A DNA stretch of 64,000 nucleotides from Chara braunii. Taxonomy: Eukaryota; Plantae; Charophyceae. Under the pieces are notes generated by a model, which was given only the letters and a program-made list of their open reading frames with translations, searched no databases and was not told the origin of the DNA. Shown here one piece after another: positions 12,090 through 24,465 of this stretch (position 1 is the stretch's first letter; each line of letters starts with the position of its first letter). The stretch spans positions 1,679,148-1,743,147 of the forward strand of contig BFEA01000030.1 in the NCBI GenBank assembly GCA_003427395.1, written 5' to 3'. A program made the position numbers and the translations under genes.

Positions 12090-13111
12090 ACCTCCCTCCC
12101 CCCCCCCACCCCACCCCGCAACACAGGGCTATGTCGCAGACGACAGAGACACGCAACCGCGGCGATACCCCGATCCGTAGGCGCGACCTTCAACAACGAT
12201 CGGCTATGGCGAACATATCGACTGTGACGAACACGGGTGCGTTGCCCGAAACAGCCACGGACTCCGAGAGAGCATGCTCGCTGCGCCCCACATCGCCTTC
12301 GCCCTTTCCCAGGTGGGACCGTGGAATCCCGTGGTTCCACCATGGATACAAACAAGAAGGTCGATAACGGTCGAAATGTCCCCTGGAACAACCGGCCCGC
12401 AACGGCCGTGTCAAACGGTCGCAAAAGGGCTGCATCGGTTCCCCAACCGAAGTCGACCCCTTCTGTCGGGTGCTGCCCCACCCACGATGCCACACGCCAC
12501 ACAACGTCGCCCAAGGACAGCGGCGTGGAATGGCGTCCTGTACCCAGGTCCACAGCAGCCTCACCGAACGCCCATAACGCCTTGCCCGAATTGGAAAGTC
12601 CTCGGCCACTTTCCTGTTCAGGAAACCGAAACGACCGGGGATGGAAAAAAAACAGGCGCGGTGGGATCCCCTCCAACTCCGCCTCTCCGCTGGCGAAGGA
12701 AAATTCCCGTCGGCGGTGGGAAGGACGAAAATCGTCCGCGCGGCTGTGGGGTCCAACCCTTTGTCAGTAGTACAGCACCAAGCTGCTTCTATGGCTACTC
12801 CCCATGATAAACAACATGCATGTATTAGCCTGTGGTCTGAGGCTCTGAGCGGCCATATCACAGCATGCTGTGCGGCTCTTAGCGCGGTGCGCTATGGGTT
12901 ACGGGGGAACACAAACACACGCACATTGCTGCTGCAAGGAAATATTTTTTTCAAATAATTTTATCTTTCTTCTTTATCACCTTTTTGAAGGTTTTCAAGT
13001 TTTTCACGGATTGTGACACCAGAGCTTGTCAGGAGATTCAAACCTGCATACGTGGGTGTCTTCAAAGCGCTGCGACTAGTGGCGACGCCAATGACGGCGG
13101 AACAGGAGTTA

Positions 13112-13153
<42 letters not shown>

Positions 13154-13548
13154 NNNNNNNNNNNNNNNNNNNNNNNNNNNNNNNNNNNNNNNNNNNNNNN
13201 NNNNNNNNNNNNNNNNNNNNNNNNNNNNNNNNNNNNNNNNNNNNNNNNNNNNNNNNNNNNNNNNNNNNNNNNNNNNNNNNNNNNNNNNNNNNNNNNNNNN
13301 NNNNNNNNNNNNNNNNNNNNNNNNNNNNNNNNNNNNNNNNNNNNNNNNNNNNNNNNNNNNNNNNNNNNNNNNNNNNNNNNNNNNNNNNNNNNNNNNNNNN
13401 NNNNNNNNNNNNNNNNNNNNNNNNNNNNNNNNNNNNNNNNNNNNNNNNNNNNNNNNNNNNNNNNNNNNNNNNNNNNNNNNNNNNNNNNNNNNNNNNNNNN
13501 NNNNNNNNNNNNNNNNNNNNNNNNNNNNNNNNNNNNNNNNNNNNNNNN

Positions 13549-13647
<99 letters not shown>

Positions 13648-14171
13648 GGAGGAGATGGTGATGGCCGCTGTTGAAACTCCCAGAGCACTTGCGAGCGTGA
13701 ACAGCACATCCACCCCATCCAGGCGTGCTCGGCGACCGGTACTTTGGCAGCCCCACGCGGCCCTGCAAACCATTCCCAGCTGTTACTTTATTTTTTCTGT
13801 GGTTCGTACAGCCCGGTTCACACAGAGTGGGCCTTCAGTACGCCGCCTGTGTCCAGGAGTAGACGTGGAATGTCAGTTTATCCAATCACTGTGGGCCCGA
13901 ATGCTTTTATTTTTTCCTCCCAAAACTCGGACCGTGACCCCGGCCCGAGCCCCTGAAGAATGCTGTATCGGTTATATTTACGACGTAGCCTACCCCCCGA
14001 AGAATGTGGTATTGGTATAGGTTATATTTACGATTTAGCTTACCCTTTTCTTTTCTTTTTTTGATCTGATGATCATACCATTAGTCGTGTTTTTTTCCCA
14101 AAAATACCAAGGTGCCAGGCATCGAACCTCACATAGGTAAGAACAACACCTGAATGGAGGTCTTTTTTTCC

Positions 14172-15900
14172 TTTTTTTTTTTTTTTTAAAGCCTCCAATC
14201 TATTCATGTGGAGCATTGTGTGCGGGAAAACGGGTCCAGCCTTCCATGATAGAAAAGTTTACAGATTAAACCGCCAGTACCTTTCCCTGCTTGAAAAACA
14301 AATGCCCTCCGATTAACACGGGAGGCAGGCAGGCTTGGGACTACCAGCGCGAAAGGGGTGGTGGCCCCAGCAAACATGAGGCCCGCCCCAGTTCGTGTTT
14401 TTTTGGCATGCAGGGCAGTTCTAGGTTCGGCATCGATAGCTGAGAAAGGTACTCAGTCTGGTAGTTCAAGCTGCAAGCAGGGGAAAAGGAGGCTCGGGAT
14501 AGCATTAATTACTCTGGGGGGCGCCAGAGGATTGACTGCCTGAGCCAGAAGGGAAAAGCACACCATAGCCTTGATGACACTGATGAGCCATCCGAGGATC
14601 GACTCTCTCTCCTCTTTATCTGCCTCTCAGACTTCAAATGTCTCATACTTTGTCGAAGATCTTGTTAAGCGGTAGATCAGCATTGATTGCTCTGGATTGT
14701 TCCAAGGTCTTTGCTGTTGTTGATGGCTCCTTTTTATTGGTCGTGGTGATTATCCACAACAGGGACTTGGGACATACAACCATCTGCAATACTTAGTACC
14801 ATTTGGACATTCACCAGGTAAGGGAGGCACTTGGAATGCTCAAACGCTCAGAAGCTTCAACACATACATGCCAACTTGAGCATTAATAGTTTCTTCGAAA
14901 CATTGTAGTAAATCTTTGCAGATCAAAGTAGGTACCGTTCAGCACCTGTGCAGATTCTCCAAGATCCGAAATCAATCTCCACTGGCTATTTTAGGGAGGC
15001 CGCTGTCTTTGATGGTTTGCGGGAGAGCATGGTTGGTCATCCCCCCTGATAGTTCTGTCTTACACCGTTGCAGTCAGTGGTAGTTCACATCTGTGGGAGG
15101 GGGGGTCCACAGTCTCCTAGCGGTTTTTAGCAGAGCCAGTTGCGTCATCACCCACAAAAGATTAAGCTTACATCACTGGCTCGCATCAGACCGTACTCGG
15201 GAGATCCACTGGTCTTCACCTGTCATGGGTACTCCTAACACCCTCCTAAATGACTGGGCTTTACGGAGGAAAGCTGCCATGGTAGGTTTGTAAGTCCCAT
15301 TCTGTTGTCTTCATTTCCTAACGCTTGCGGCCTTCATTATGAGAATGGCTGTGTGGATGATGGGCATCAAACCACCAGTACTTGGCCCAGATACCGGCCA
15401 TGGAAAAAAATAGAGTACAAACATTTCTTGTCGGATGAATTTGGGCGCTCTTGTAGTGGCTCGTACGTTTCCTAAAATGGTGGTTGGTTAGCTGGCATTA
15501 CTTTAGGAAGTACTGGTGGTTAACGTGGACAGGTGTGTGACAAGTATGCTGATCTTCATGCAGTTATCTGAGCAAGGCGCATTGCCATCATCTGTGCCGT
15601 TTCATCTTTTCCTGGGTTTGGGGGGGGGGGGGAAGAAAAACACCTGCGAGCTTCGATGAGTGGGAGAGCTGCAGTGGTCAGGACTGTAGTCTTCACCTGG
15701 TTTTCTGAGTTTTGAGGAATAGCTTGTCCAGGATGTAACTTGAGGCAAATCATGCAAAGGGGAGGTGGTGATTTTTTTTTCCAATTTTTTGTTTGTGTTT
15801 TTTTTACTTCGAGGCGGGGGGTCCCTTTGGTGAGGTGGTAGAAGTAGGCCACTAAGTTTGCCCGTGGATTGAATGCTCCATCTATTGGTGGGGAGCTGCA
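14172..15900 (-). mobile_element. Heavily decayed LINE 3' portion
   Basis: Poly(T) at 14172-14187 next to the AATAGATTGGAG 3' motif on the minus strand. Faint resemblance to the ORF2 C-terminus near 15000-15300 (LLWVMTQLAL...QRC). The right limit is uncertain. Confidence 0.35.
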
Positions 15901-16592
15901 CCTGCCGGAAACCGGCCCCAGTCTCCCTTGCATTATGGAGATGTTATGAAACCCAGTTCTGCCATGTCGTAGAGTGAAATAGAAAGGGATGCAGAAAAAT
16001 GCAGAAAGTCATGACATAGAGTGAAATCGACGTGCAACCAGCGTGTGTCTGGAATCCAGCCTCTACGACAACCTGGGCCTTTTTTCAAAAAAAAAGAATG
16101 GAAAAAAAAACAGCAGAAAATTCATAAATGCAGAAACCTGCTTGCTTGGGAGGAAAACAGGCTGAGCCTCCTGACAACGGCCTCTCAGCAATATGGCTGT
16201 CAGATGAAATCCGGTGCCACTAGCCTGCGTCTGGAGCTGTCTCCTTTTTGATGATGCTTGGTGTTGTCCTTCTGCCTGTAGCACCTGCCTCTGAAGCTTT
16301 GTTATACTCTGTCACCTGCCAACTCCTACACCAGACACATAGTCAGTGGGATGTGGTTCCCCCCTCCCCGGATGCCACTGGAGTTCCACTAATGACCTGC
16401 GTAGCACGGCGAACCCGTCCGGGCGAACACGTTCTCCCATTCGCGCAAATGGGTCGAGAACACATTCGTGAGAACGTGTTTTCTAGGCCAGCGAACGGGG
16501 TTCGCCTGGGCCGGTACCGGTCGCCGGCGAGGCTTTGGAGGGACCTGGGGGAGCGCCGGTGGTTGTCTTTGGGGTGGGGGCAGGCGCGGGGC

Positions 16593-16653
<61 letters not shown>

Positions 16654-16654
16654 N

Positions 16655-16689
<35 letters not shown>

Positions 16690-16711
16690 TGTGTGTCTGT
16701 GTGTGTGCCCC

Positions 16712-16751
<40 letters not shown>

Positions 16752-19321
16752 TATGTGTCTGTGTGTATAGTGGGTGTGTAGAACACGGCTACTCCATATA
16801 CAATGGGGAACGAGACCATGCATCAGTCCAAACGTATAGCGATAAGTTAGTAGCAGGCTTAACACAAATTGGATTAAGAGGGAAGTTTTAACTTAGTCAT
16901 CAACTCCATAACAGGAGGATGTATGTTAGATTGGGGGGTTAATTAGGGGGGAGTATTTTTAGTAGTTAGGCTGAGGTTAGTTTGGTGTTAGGGGTGCAGC
17001 GCTACCGGGAGTGCTGCGCCCCACCCGGGCCGAAGCAACGGAGAGCGGATGCGCGTTGGGGTGGAAGCCACGAACCGATTAGTGTGTCCGCGACAGCTTA
17101 ACGGAGCGCTGCGATGGCACGTCTTGGGACTTCTGTTGAGATGAGGTAGGAGGGTTGTATGGTGGTAGGGGGTGGTGGATGCCACGTGGGGGAAGGCGCG
17201 AGACAGATTAGTATGACATGATGCCCCGTGGCATGGGTGGGTGGCTGGGGTTACTGTGGAAAGAGGAGAGAGCGTGTATATTGAAGAGACGGAGGGCTAT
17301 TTGTGTTTTGGGCTTTCTTTTCTCCTACCTCTGCCTCTATTTCTCTGTCTCTTGCTTCGCCTGACCTAGCTGTTTGAAGGTCATTGTACATAGATTGAAC
17401 TCTCTGTGCGGTCGCGTCGACAGGCTTGACGTTGTCGCTCACAACACAATCACCTTCAAGAAGTTTTATGGAGGCGGCGGTGTCCTATTAATCCTTTCTG
17501 GCCAGTGCACTTTGCCAAGGGGCCGTATTAGCACTGGCTATGGGGAGGCGAAGGTGCTTCTCCCACAGGAAGAGGCAGGGGATGAGTTTGGTCGAGATAA
17601 CGAACTGGCAGTTCGATCAGGGGATGACGGGAGTCGAGCGTCTCGTGATGATCTGCAGAGTTGGGTGACTTCACGCGGTTCAAGGCAACTTCAGAAGGTG
17701 ATGGGAGCTCGGCGTGCAGCAGCTTGTCGAAGTCGTCATCTAAAGTAATTTTCTAAATTTCAATGTTGGATCTGATAGGGATCTGTTGGATAGATTGAGT
17801 CGTGATTTTCTATTCTGTCGTGCTTGGAATTTACGTTTTAAACCATTTTATTTTGATGATATGTAAGTCGGTAACTCCCTAGTCGTGATGGTCTGTAGAC
17901 CTGTAATGCTTGAGGCCTGATATTCCTTTGGATGTTTACTCTGAATTCCTACTATGGTACAATATATTTTTTTTCAACATATGATGAATCTTATATGCTT
18001 CCCTTAAACATGTCCGGATTTCTTCTATCTTTTCATGATGCCGTATATTCAAAAATCCTACATGGATTCATGATTTGAAACACTGAAGTTTTCTCGCAAT
18101 CTTGAATACTGAATTGGTTCTCTCATGATGTTCTTTATTCATAAAGTACTCGTAGTGTATTCAATTCCTCAATTTTTGTGAGTGTATGGATATCGATTCT
18201 TTTGATCTAGTTGGAAATTCTTTTTTTTTTTTTTTTTTTCCCTACCAAATTACCAATGCTTTTTTTTTTTTTTTTTTTTTAGGATGATTGAGGATCATTT
18301 TGGATGATTTAGGATGTCAGAGTGGGTGATTGAGGTCATGAAATAGAGCTAGATGATGACTAATCAGAAAGATTGTCTACTCAGCACTGAATTACTATCC
18401 TATCCCTAATTTCCTGTATCCATTCCAAACAACCAATCACAATTGAGCCCGTGTTGTACACCAATCAGGCCTCTTCCCGGTCTCACACCCCAATTTGGCT
18501 CGGTTACAGGGCAGCGCTACCCACCCCAGCTCCGACCATTGTTGGCCAGATTGTAGCCATTGGTCAAGTTTGCAGATTGCCTTCCTCCCTCGGCAATTCC
18601 AGACCTCTATACAAAGCCTCGAGCTCCTACACAAGCAGGTTACAGGGCACTGCCCCAGCGCCGGCTAGCATCGTTCTGGCGCCAACTCAACCTTGCCATT
18701 GCACAAGAGGACTCAATTAGGAAATTAGCTAATCTAGAATGCCAACTAGAAATCAAGGATCTGATAATATCAGAATCTTGATCAGCAAAACTTTCTGATG
18801 ATGAAATTTGACGAGTACCCTGAGATGATCACAAAGATGATGGATAATGATGACGACGCTGATAATTATTTCTCTGCACCCCTCTCCTTCTTCCATGTAT
18901 TCTCCTCCTCTCCCCTCATTTCCTCTTCTCCTCTCGATGCCTCCGCTGAGCCGAACCCCGCTATCAGCATGAAGTTCCTATCAGCCCCAACGAGAGAGAG
19001 AACCTCCCCATTCCCTTCTACCTTGAGGTAACCGGTCCCCCCAAAAGGTGTACCTCAAAACTAACACTCTGACCTAGTCTGCCTCCGCCAGGAGATAATG
19101 CGCCCCCATACACATCTCCCAGCCCCAGCCCAGGTCAGCTCCCATCATCTGCATCTACTCCCTGGAGGGCAATGACCTCCCACCTTGTGTTGCCCCGCGG
19201 AGTAGCGCTCCCTTCCTGACCAACCTACCTACCAACTAGACCATAGCCTATCTGGGAGATGAGAATATAATCACAAACACAGAGATGACTACTGATTCAT
19301 GAAAAAAAGAATAACAAAACC

Positions 19322-19344
19322 GTGATGATGATGATGATGATGAT

Positions 19345-19390
<46 letters not shown>

Positions 19391-19417
19391 AAAGATTCAG
19401 ATTGGTAGATGATGATG

Positions 19418-19472
<55 letters not shown>
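19322..19472. repeat. (GAT)n microsatellite, interrupted
   Basis: Directly visible. Other microsatellites: (GA)n 8046-8255, (GATA)/(TATC)/(GA) 10300-10517, (CA)n/(GA)n/(GACA)n 13113-13648, (TG)n 16595-16765, poly(A) 23936-24022, (TCAA)n 28188-28297, (TC)n 38394-38580, (CTT)n 47763-47810. Confidence 0.95.
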
Positions 19473-19476
<4 letters not shown>

Positions 19477-22400
19477 ATAAAATTGGCAAAAATAAATAAA
19501 GAACGTTGGACTTGCGATACCCTAATGGCATCGGTGTGGAAGATTGACAGCTCACTATTGCTGTAATGAAAATAGAAGATGACGATGATTACGATTTTTA
19601 CAGAGAAGTCTAGATGATGACCATGAAGAAGATAAAAAGAAAATGAAAAGAAGATAAATAACATGGATGGCGAATTAGAGAAGCCGATGATGATTACCAC
19701 AGGTAACCAATTGGGCGCGCGTTAGCGCTAGCACTAGCGTTATGGCTGGCGGGCGCCGGGCCGCCGCAGCACGCGGATGGTGGCATGCTGGTTGCTTGCA
19801 GGTGAGGCGCTGGCTGGTCGGAGGTGGCGGGGCGCTGGCTTCTCACAGGTTGCGAGACGCTGGCTTCTCGCGAGTGGCGAGGCGCTGGCTGTGTGAGTGC
19901 AGCGAGGCGCTGGCTGCTGGCGGGGGGCGAGGCGCTGGCTGCTGGCGGGGGGCGAGGCGCTGACAACAGGTGAGTGGTGGGGCGCTTGTGACTTGCGACT
20001 GGCGAGGCGCTGGCTTGTGGTGACTAGTAACATGCTAGCTGACATGTGGCGCGGTGCTGGCAACGAACGGGAGGGAGGCGCTGGTGCGAGAGTGCTGTGA
20101 TGTTGTGAAGTAGATGCGGTTTAGCGCTTGATGCACGCGCGGTATTCAGAGGCGCTGGGTCATTACTACGTCACAGGCTGACGTGGCATCTGGCCTGAGG
20201 CACAAAGGAAAATGGAGAATGGTAGCGCCAACTGCTGTTTGAACATTTTCCCTATGTTTTTCACATGAAGTACTGCATAGCCAAGACCTTTAAAGAGGCT
20301 GGAGAGCTCATGCGAGTCGACGAAAGTCGATGTCGGTGGAGGAAAGTGGAGTCAGCCTCGTGGAGACCAAAGTGCGGAGAACGTTGGTCCGACTTGAAGA
20401 ATCATCACAGTGCCACTGGGAAAGTATCATCAAGAGGGTGGCTAGGAGGTCATCATCAATCTATATATGTGCTTTCGTCTGTTTTTTGTCTTGTGCAGGT
20501 TATCCATCAAGAGCATCAAGATTGTCATCATTGTCATTTCAGCGGGGGGTTTTCATCAAGGACACCGTCATTTTTGTAATCTAGTTGGAAAGTGTAAGTT
20601 CATAAGTGCTGAAATTTTGCCCTGTAGAGTGTACTCTCGTATATGTTTTTTTTGCACTGGTCGTGGGAGATATACTTGGACTTGGGTAGTGAGGTCTTCT
20701 TCTTCAACTTACCCCTCTATGCGGGGGTCACATAGGTAGGGTTGAGCTTAGTATTTGGATAGGTGGGTTGAGGCAGTTGTAGAGTGGTCTGTTTTGGATA
20801 TGTTGCCTCCTGAGTTATCCCAAATTGATCCTCATTCTTCAGAAGTAAGTCTGTTGGTTTCAGTTGTTTATGGGTGGTTTTGAGAATGTTTTAGGATTAT
20901 GGGGACTTCTAGCTAGTTGAACCCGTTTTAGGATGTTTGATAGTGGTACATTCATGGATCTGCAGTTGTTCATTGCCAAAATGACGCTGGCCGGTGCTGG
21001 TATGTTGCCCTGTAACCTGCTGATTGTAGGAGCGCGAGGCCTGGTAGAGAGATCTTGGGATGCTTTGAGGTGGGCATTCCAAGGGATAACCAAGGGTTGC
21101 TGTTGGGATGACGTTGGCCGGAGCTGGGGCGAGTCATGTTGCTGTAACCTAGTCAGGTGGGGGTGTGAGGCCTGGGAGAGCTCGACAGGGATAAGACAGT
21201 GTTGGACAGTCTTAGAGAGTTTTGTTTGGGAGTCTAGGGGTTCTGAGCATTCGAAAACAAGTCATTCATAGTTTTCCAACCTCTTCTTTAATTTTCTTGA
21301 ATTCCCTAAAAAAAAAAAGACTTCGTAACTGCTGCTTGAGTAGCCTAGCAATAGGTCAACAATTATCCATGTCTTTCCTAAAATTTCCTGAACTCATTTA
21401 AACCACCGTTCTTTCCGCCACAGAGAACCCCTAGTCCCGGTGAGTTAGGGGCGGGCTTTTCGGCACGTAGCCGCCCGTAACTCGTCGATCTCCCAAAGTC
21501 CCAGGCAAGTAAACCAAGGCCCCACGCTGGAGACGGCGAATGACGGCGAATTCCATCGACGGCCGTCGAGACGTAAATCCGGTCTAGTGTTCGGGCCGCC
21601 GACAACCTCTATCGGACTTCCTAGCGTTGGCGGAAAATGAAGGCCTAAGGCGAAAAAAAAAAAAAAAAAAACAAATTTTCACGGCCGCGCAATTTTTTTT
21701 TTCCCGTCATTACCGTTGTCCCTGTACTATCGATATATACGAATGTGAAAACACGTTCTGTGGTGTATTGTCCGGTCCATTTTCTAGGGTTTCGTTCGGC
21801 TAGTGACATTCCCTCCGTTCGGGATCGTGTACGGCAGTCTGCCATCGCCACGAACCCTAAACCAAACCCTCCATCCTTCCTGTCTTCTTTCCCTTCGCCG
21901 TCATACCCAGCCCCCGAGCGCCCGCCTCCTGCACCGAAGCCGACGGTGGCGTGCCCGTCATTGCTTTGCGGCGGGCAGATAGCAATGCTTCGTCGTTGTG
22001 TTGTTGCCTTAGTGCGTGGTGCTGCGTGGTCGTTTAGGGTTCGTTTGTGGTGTTGTGTGTCACTGTCGGCATGTGTTCGCGTGGTCACAGAGCCGCCGTC
22101 ACCTTGTTTCCCCATGCACTGCACCTCCTGCATCCACCTCGTCTGGCAAGCACGTGACATTGTCACGACGCACGACATAATACAGGCAGCATTGAACTCA
22201 CCTGCACCGGCTGTGTGTGCGTGCATGCGTGACTCCTGTTGTGTGTTCGTCGGTGTGCTGCCTCGTCCTTTGGTCGATTCTACTGTGCGCATGAGCTCGC
22301 GCGTTTGGAGTTGTGTCACCCATTTGTGTTCCTCCACGTGGTCACAGGTTTGTGTAACTGAGAGTGTCGTCGTGTGCGTGTGCGTGTGTATTCGTGTGCG

Positions 22401-22969
22401 TGCGTTTTTGTGTGCTGCGGACGAAGTTAGGTGTTGAATTTTTTTTTTTTTTTGTCATATTTTTTCCTTTCTTTGATTCTTTACTTCGTACACTCCACGT
22501 GTTTTTTCCTTTACGACGCTTCTTCATCCTTTACGCGGCTTCTTTTTTTTTTTTCTTATCTTCTTCATCTTTTTTTTTTTTTTTTTTTTCCCTTTTTCTT
22601 TTTCTTCTTCTTCTTCTCAGTCGCCGACACTCTATTCTCAGACTGGTCGGAATAGGGAACTTGCACGTTTGCGCCTGAGAAGTGTGCACGCGGAGAAGTA
22701 TTGAAACACCTAGTCGACCTTTGTGCGAGAAGCAGCTTATGACTGTTGTTTTGACTTTTCAGTTTCCAGTTTTTTTTGTTTTTTTTTTTTTTCTTCTTCT
22801 TCTTCTTCCTCTTCTTGTAGTTTTTTTTCGTCTTCATCATATTCTTGTTCTTCGTCTCATCTCCATCGAGACGCTTATTGTTGTTTTTGTCGCCCAACAT
22901 CTCATCCGAGTTGCTGACCTTGTATGTATAGGTTTCGGCTGCGGATCTTTCCTTCGTTTCTGCTCTTCC

Positions 22970-22974
<5 letters not shown>

Positions 22975-23015
<41 letters not shown>

Positions 23016-23167
23016 TCACAAACAGAACTGCCCGGTAAACCGTAGGCAGAGAGAGAGAAGAGGACAACAAACGAGGGGCTGTGACAAACTGTTTCGTCGA
23101 GTTTCACCGACTCATCAAGGAGACTGAATATATATATATATATATCGTCTCAAACAGTATATATATA

Positions 23168-23212
<45 letters not shown>

Positions 23213-23526
23213 TCACAAACAGAACTGCCCGGTAAACCGTAGGCAGAGAGAGAGAAGAGGACAACAAACGAGGGGCTGTGACAAACTGTTTCGTCGGAGT
23301 TTCACCGGCTATATATATACTGTCTCTTATACACATCTAGATGTGTATAAGAGACAGGTAACGGCCCCGACCACTGCCGCTCGACCTGGCCGGAAAAAAC
23401 CGTAGCAGGAAGCTGGCGAAGTATATATATCGTCAAATAGAACTGCCCGGTAAACCGTAGGCAGATAGGGAGAAGAGGACAACAAACGAGGGGCTGTGAC
23501 AAACTGTTTCGTCGGAGTTTCACCGG

Positions 23527-23560
<34 letters not shown>
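22975..23560. repeat. Three ~98-bp direct repeats separated by (TA)n tracts
   Basis: Unit CGTCACAAACAGAACTGCCCGGTAAACCGTAGG...TTTCACCGGC at ~23013, ~23211 and ~23431. Copy number may be artefactual because an adapter lies inside. Confidence 0.8.
23320..23357. other. Nextera mate-pair junction adapter (two head-to-head Tn5 mosaic ends); sequencing artefact
   Basis: Exact CTGTCTCTTATACACATCT + AGATGTGTATAAGAGACAG. Confidence 0.98.
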
Positions 23561-23562
<2 letters not shown>

Positions 23563-23743
23563 AGGATGTGTTCGGACGTTCGGGATCAATTGTAGAAAAA
23601 AAATAAAAAACGCTTTGGATGTATGGGCGAAGGGATTTTCCTTCGCGATTTCCAACTTCATGTAAAACCGTGGGGAAATAAGCAGTGCTAAGAAAAGATA
23701 AAGAAAGTAAGATGTGTATTTACAAAAAAAATCAGATTTTTAT

Positions 23744-23782
<39 letters not shown>

Positions 23783-23934
23783 TCGCTAAGCGCGCGCGGT
23801 GCGGGCGGTGCGGGCCACGCCCCAAAAAATAAGAGTAACTGGCTACGAAGTCAAACTTTAATTCACGAATTAAAAAAATAACAAATAGAAAGAAAAAAAA
23901 ATGTAAGAGAAAGACGAAGAGAGACGGAGATAGA

Positions 23935-24024
<90 letters not shown>

Positions 24025-24253
24025 TAGAGATAGATACATAGATAGACAGAGAGAGAGAGAGAGAGAGCAGTAACGAAAGAGCAAAGAACAAAAAAAAATG
24101 AACACGAGTATAAAAAGAAGAAAAGTTTGATATGAAGATTTTTCGTTTCATTTAAGTTAGCAAGTGACCGCAGTATGATCAAGGCACAATTATTGCATAG
24201 TGGAATCAATATTGACTTAAAAAAGAGGAATAATATTACGGTTTTTTTTTTTT

Positions 24254-24305
<52 letters not shown>

Positions 24306-24465
24306 CTTCCCCCCTTATTTATTTGTCTTTCCCTTCCCATCTCTCTTGTCGGGGCAATTACGTAACTGAAACCGAAGACGACCATCTAAAAATTTGTCAT
24401 TAAGGCAACGACTGGACAACCGCCCAATCAACATCTTTGTCTTCTTATCTCTCTTATAAGACCAA

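Larger units (their letters stand above)
4416..12759. mobile_element. PIF/Harbinger DNA transposon, ~8.3 kb, bounded by TIRs
   Basis: Left end GGGTTGGACGTCACAGCCGCGCGGA (4416-4440) versus the reverse complement of 12735-12759, GGGTTGGACCCCACAGCCGCGCGGA (2 mismatches in 25). Encloses convergent Myb/SANT and Harbinger transposase genes. No clean TSD was found, and two N-gaps lie inside. Confidence 0.8.

Noticed and set aside
23320-23357. Genuine Tn5/IS50 insertion or horizontal transfer
   Set aside because: Two hyperactive mosaic ends joined with nothing between them is the synthetic Nextera junction adapter.
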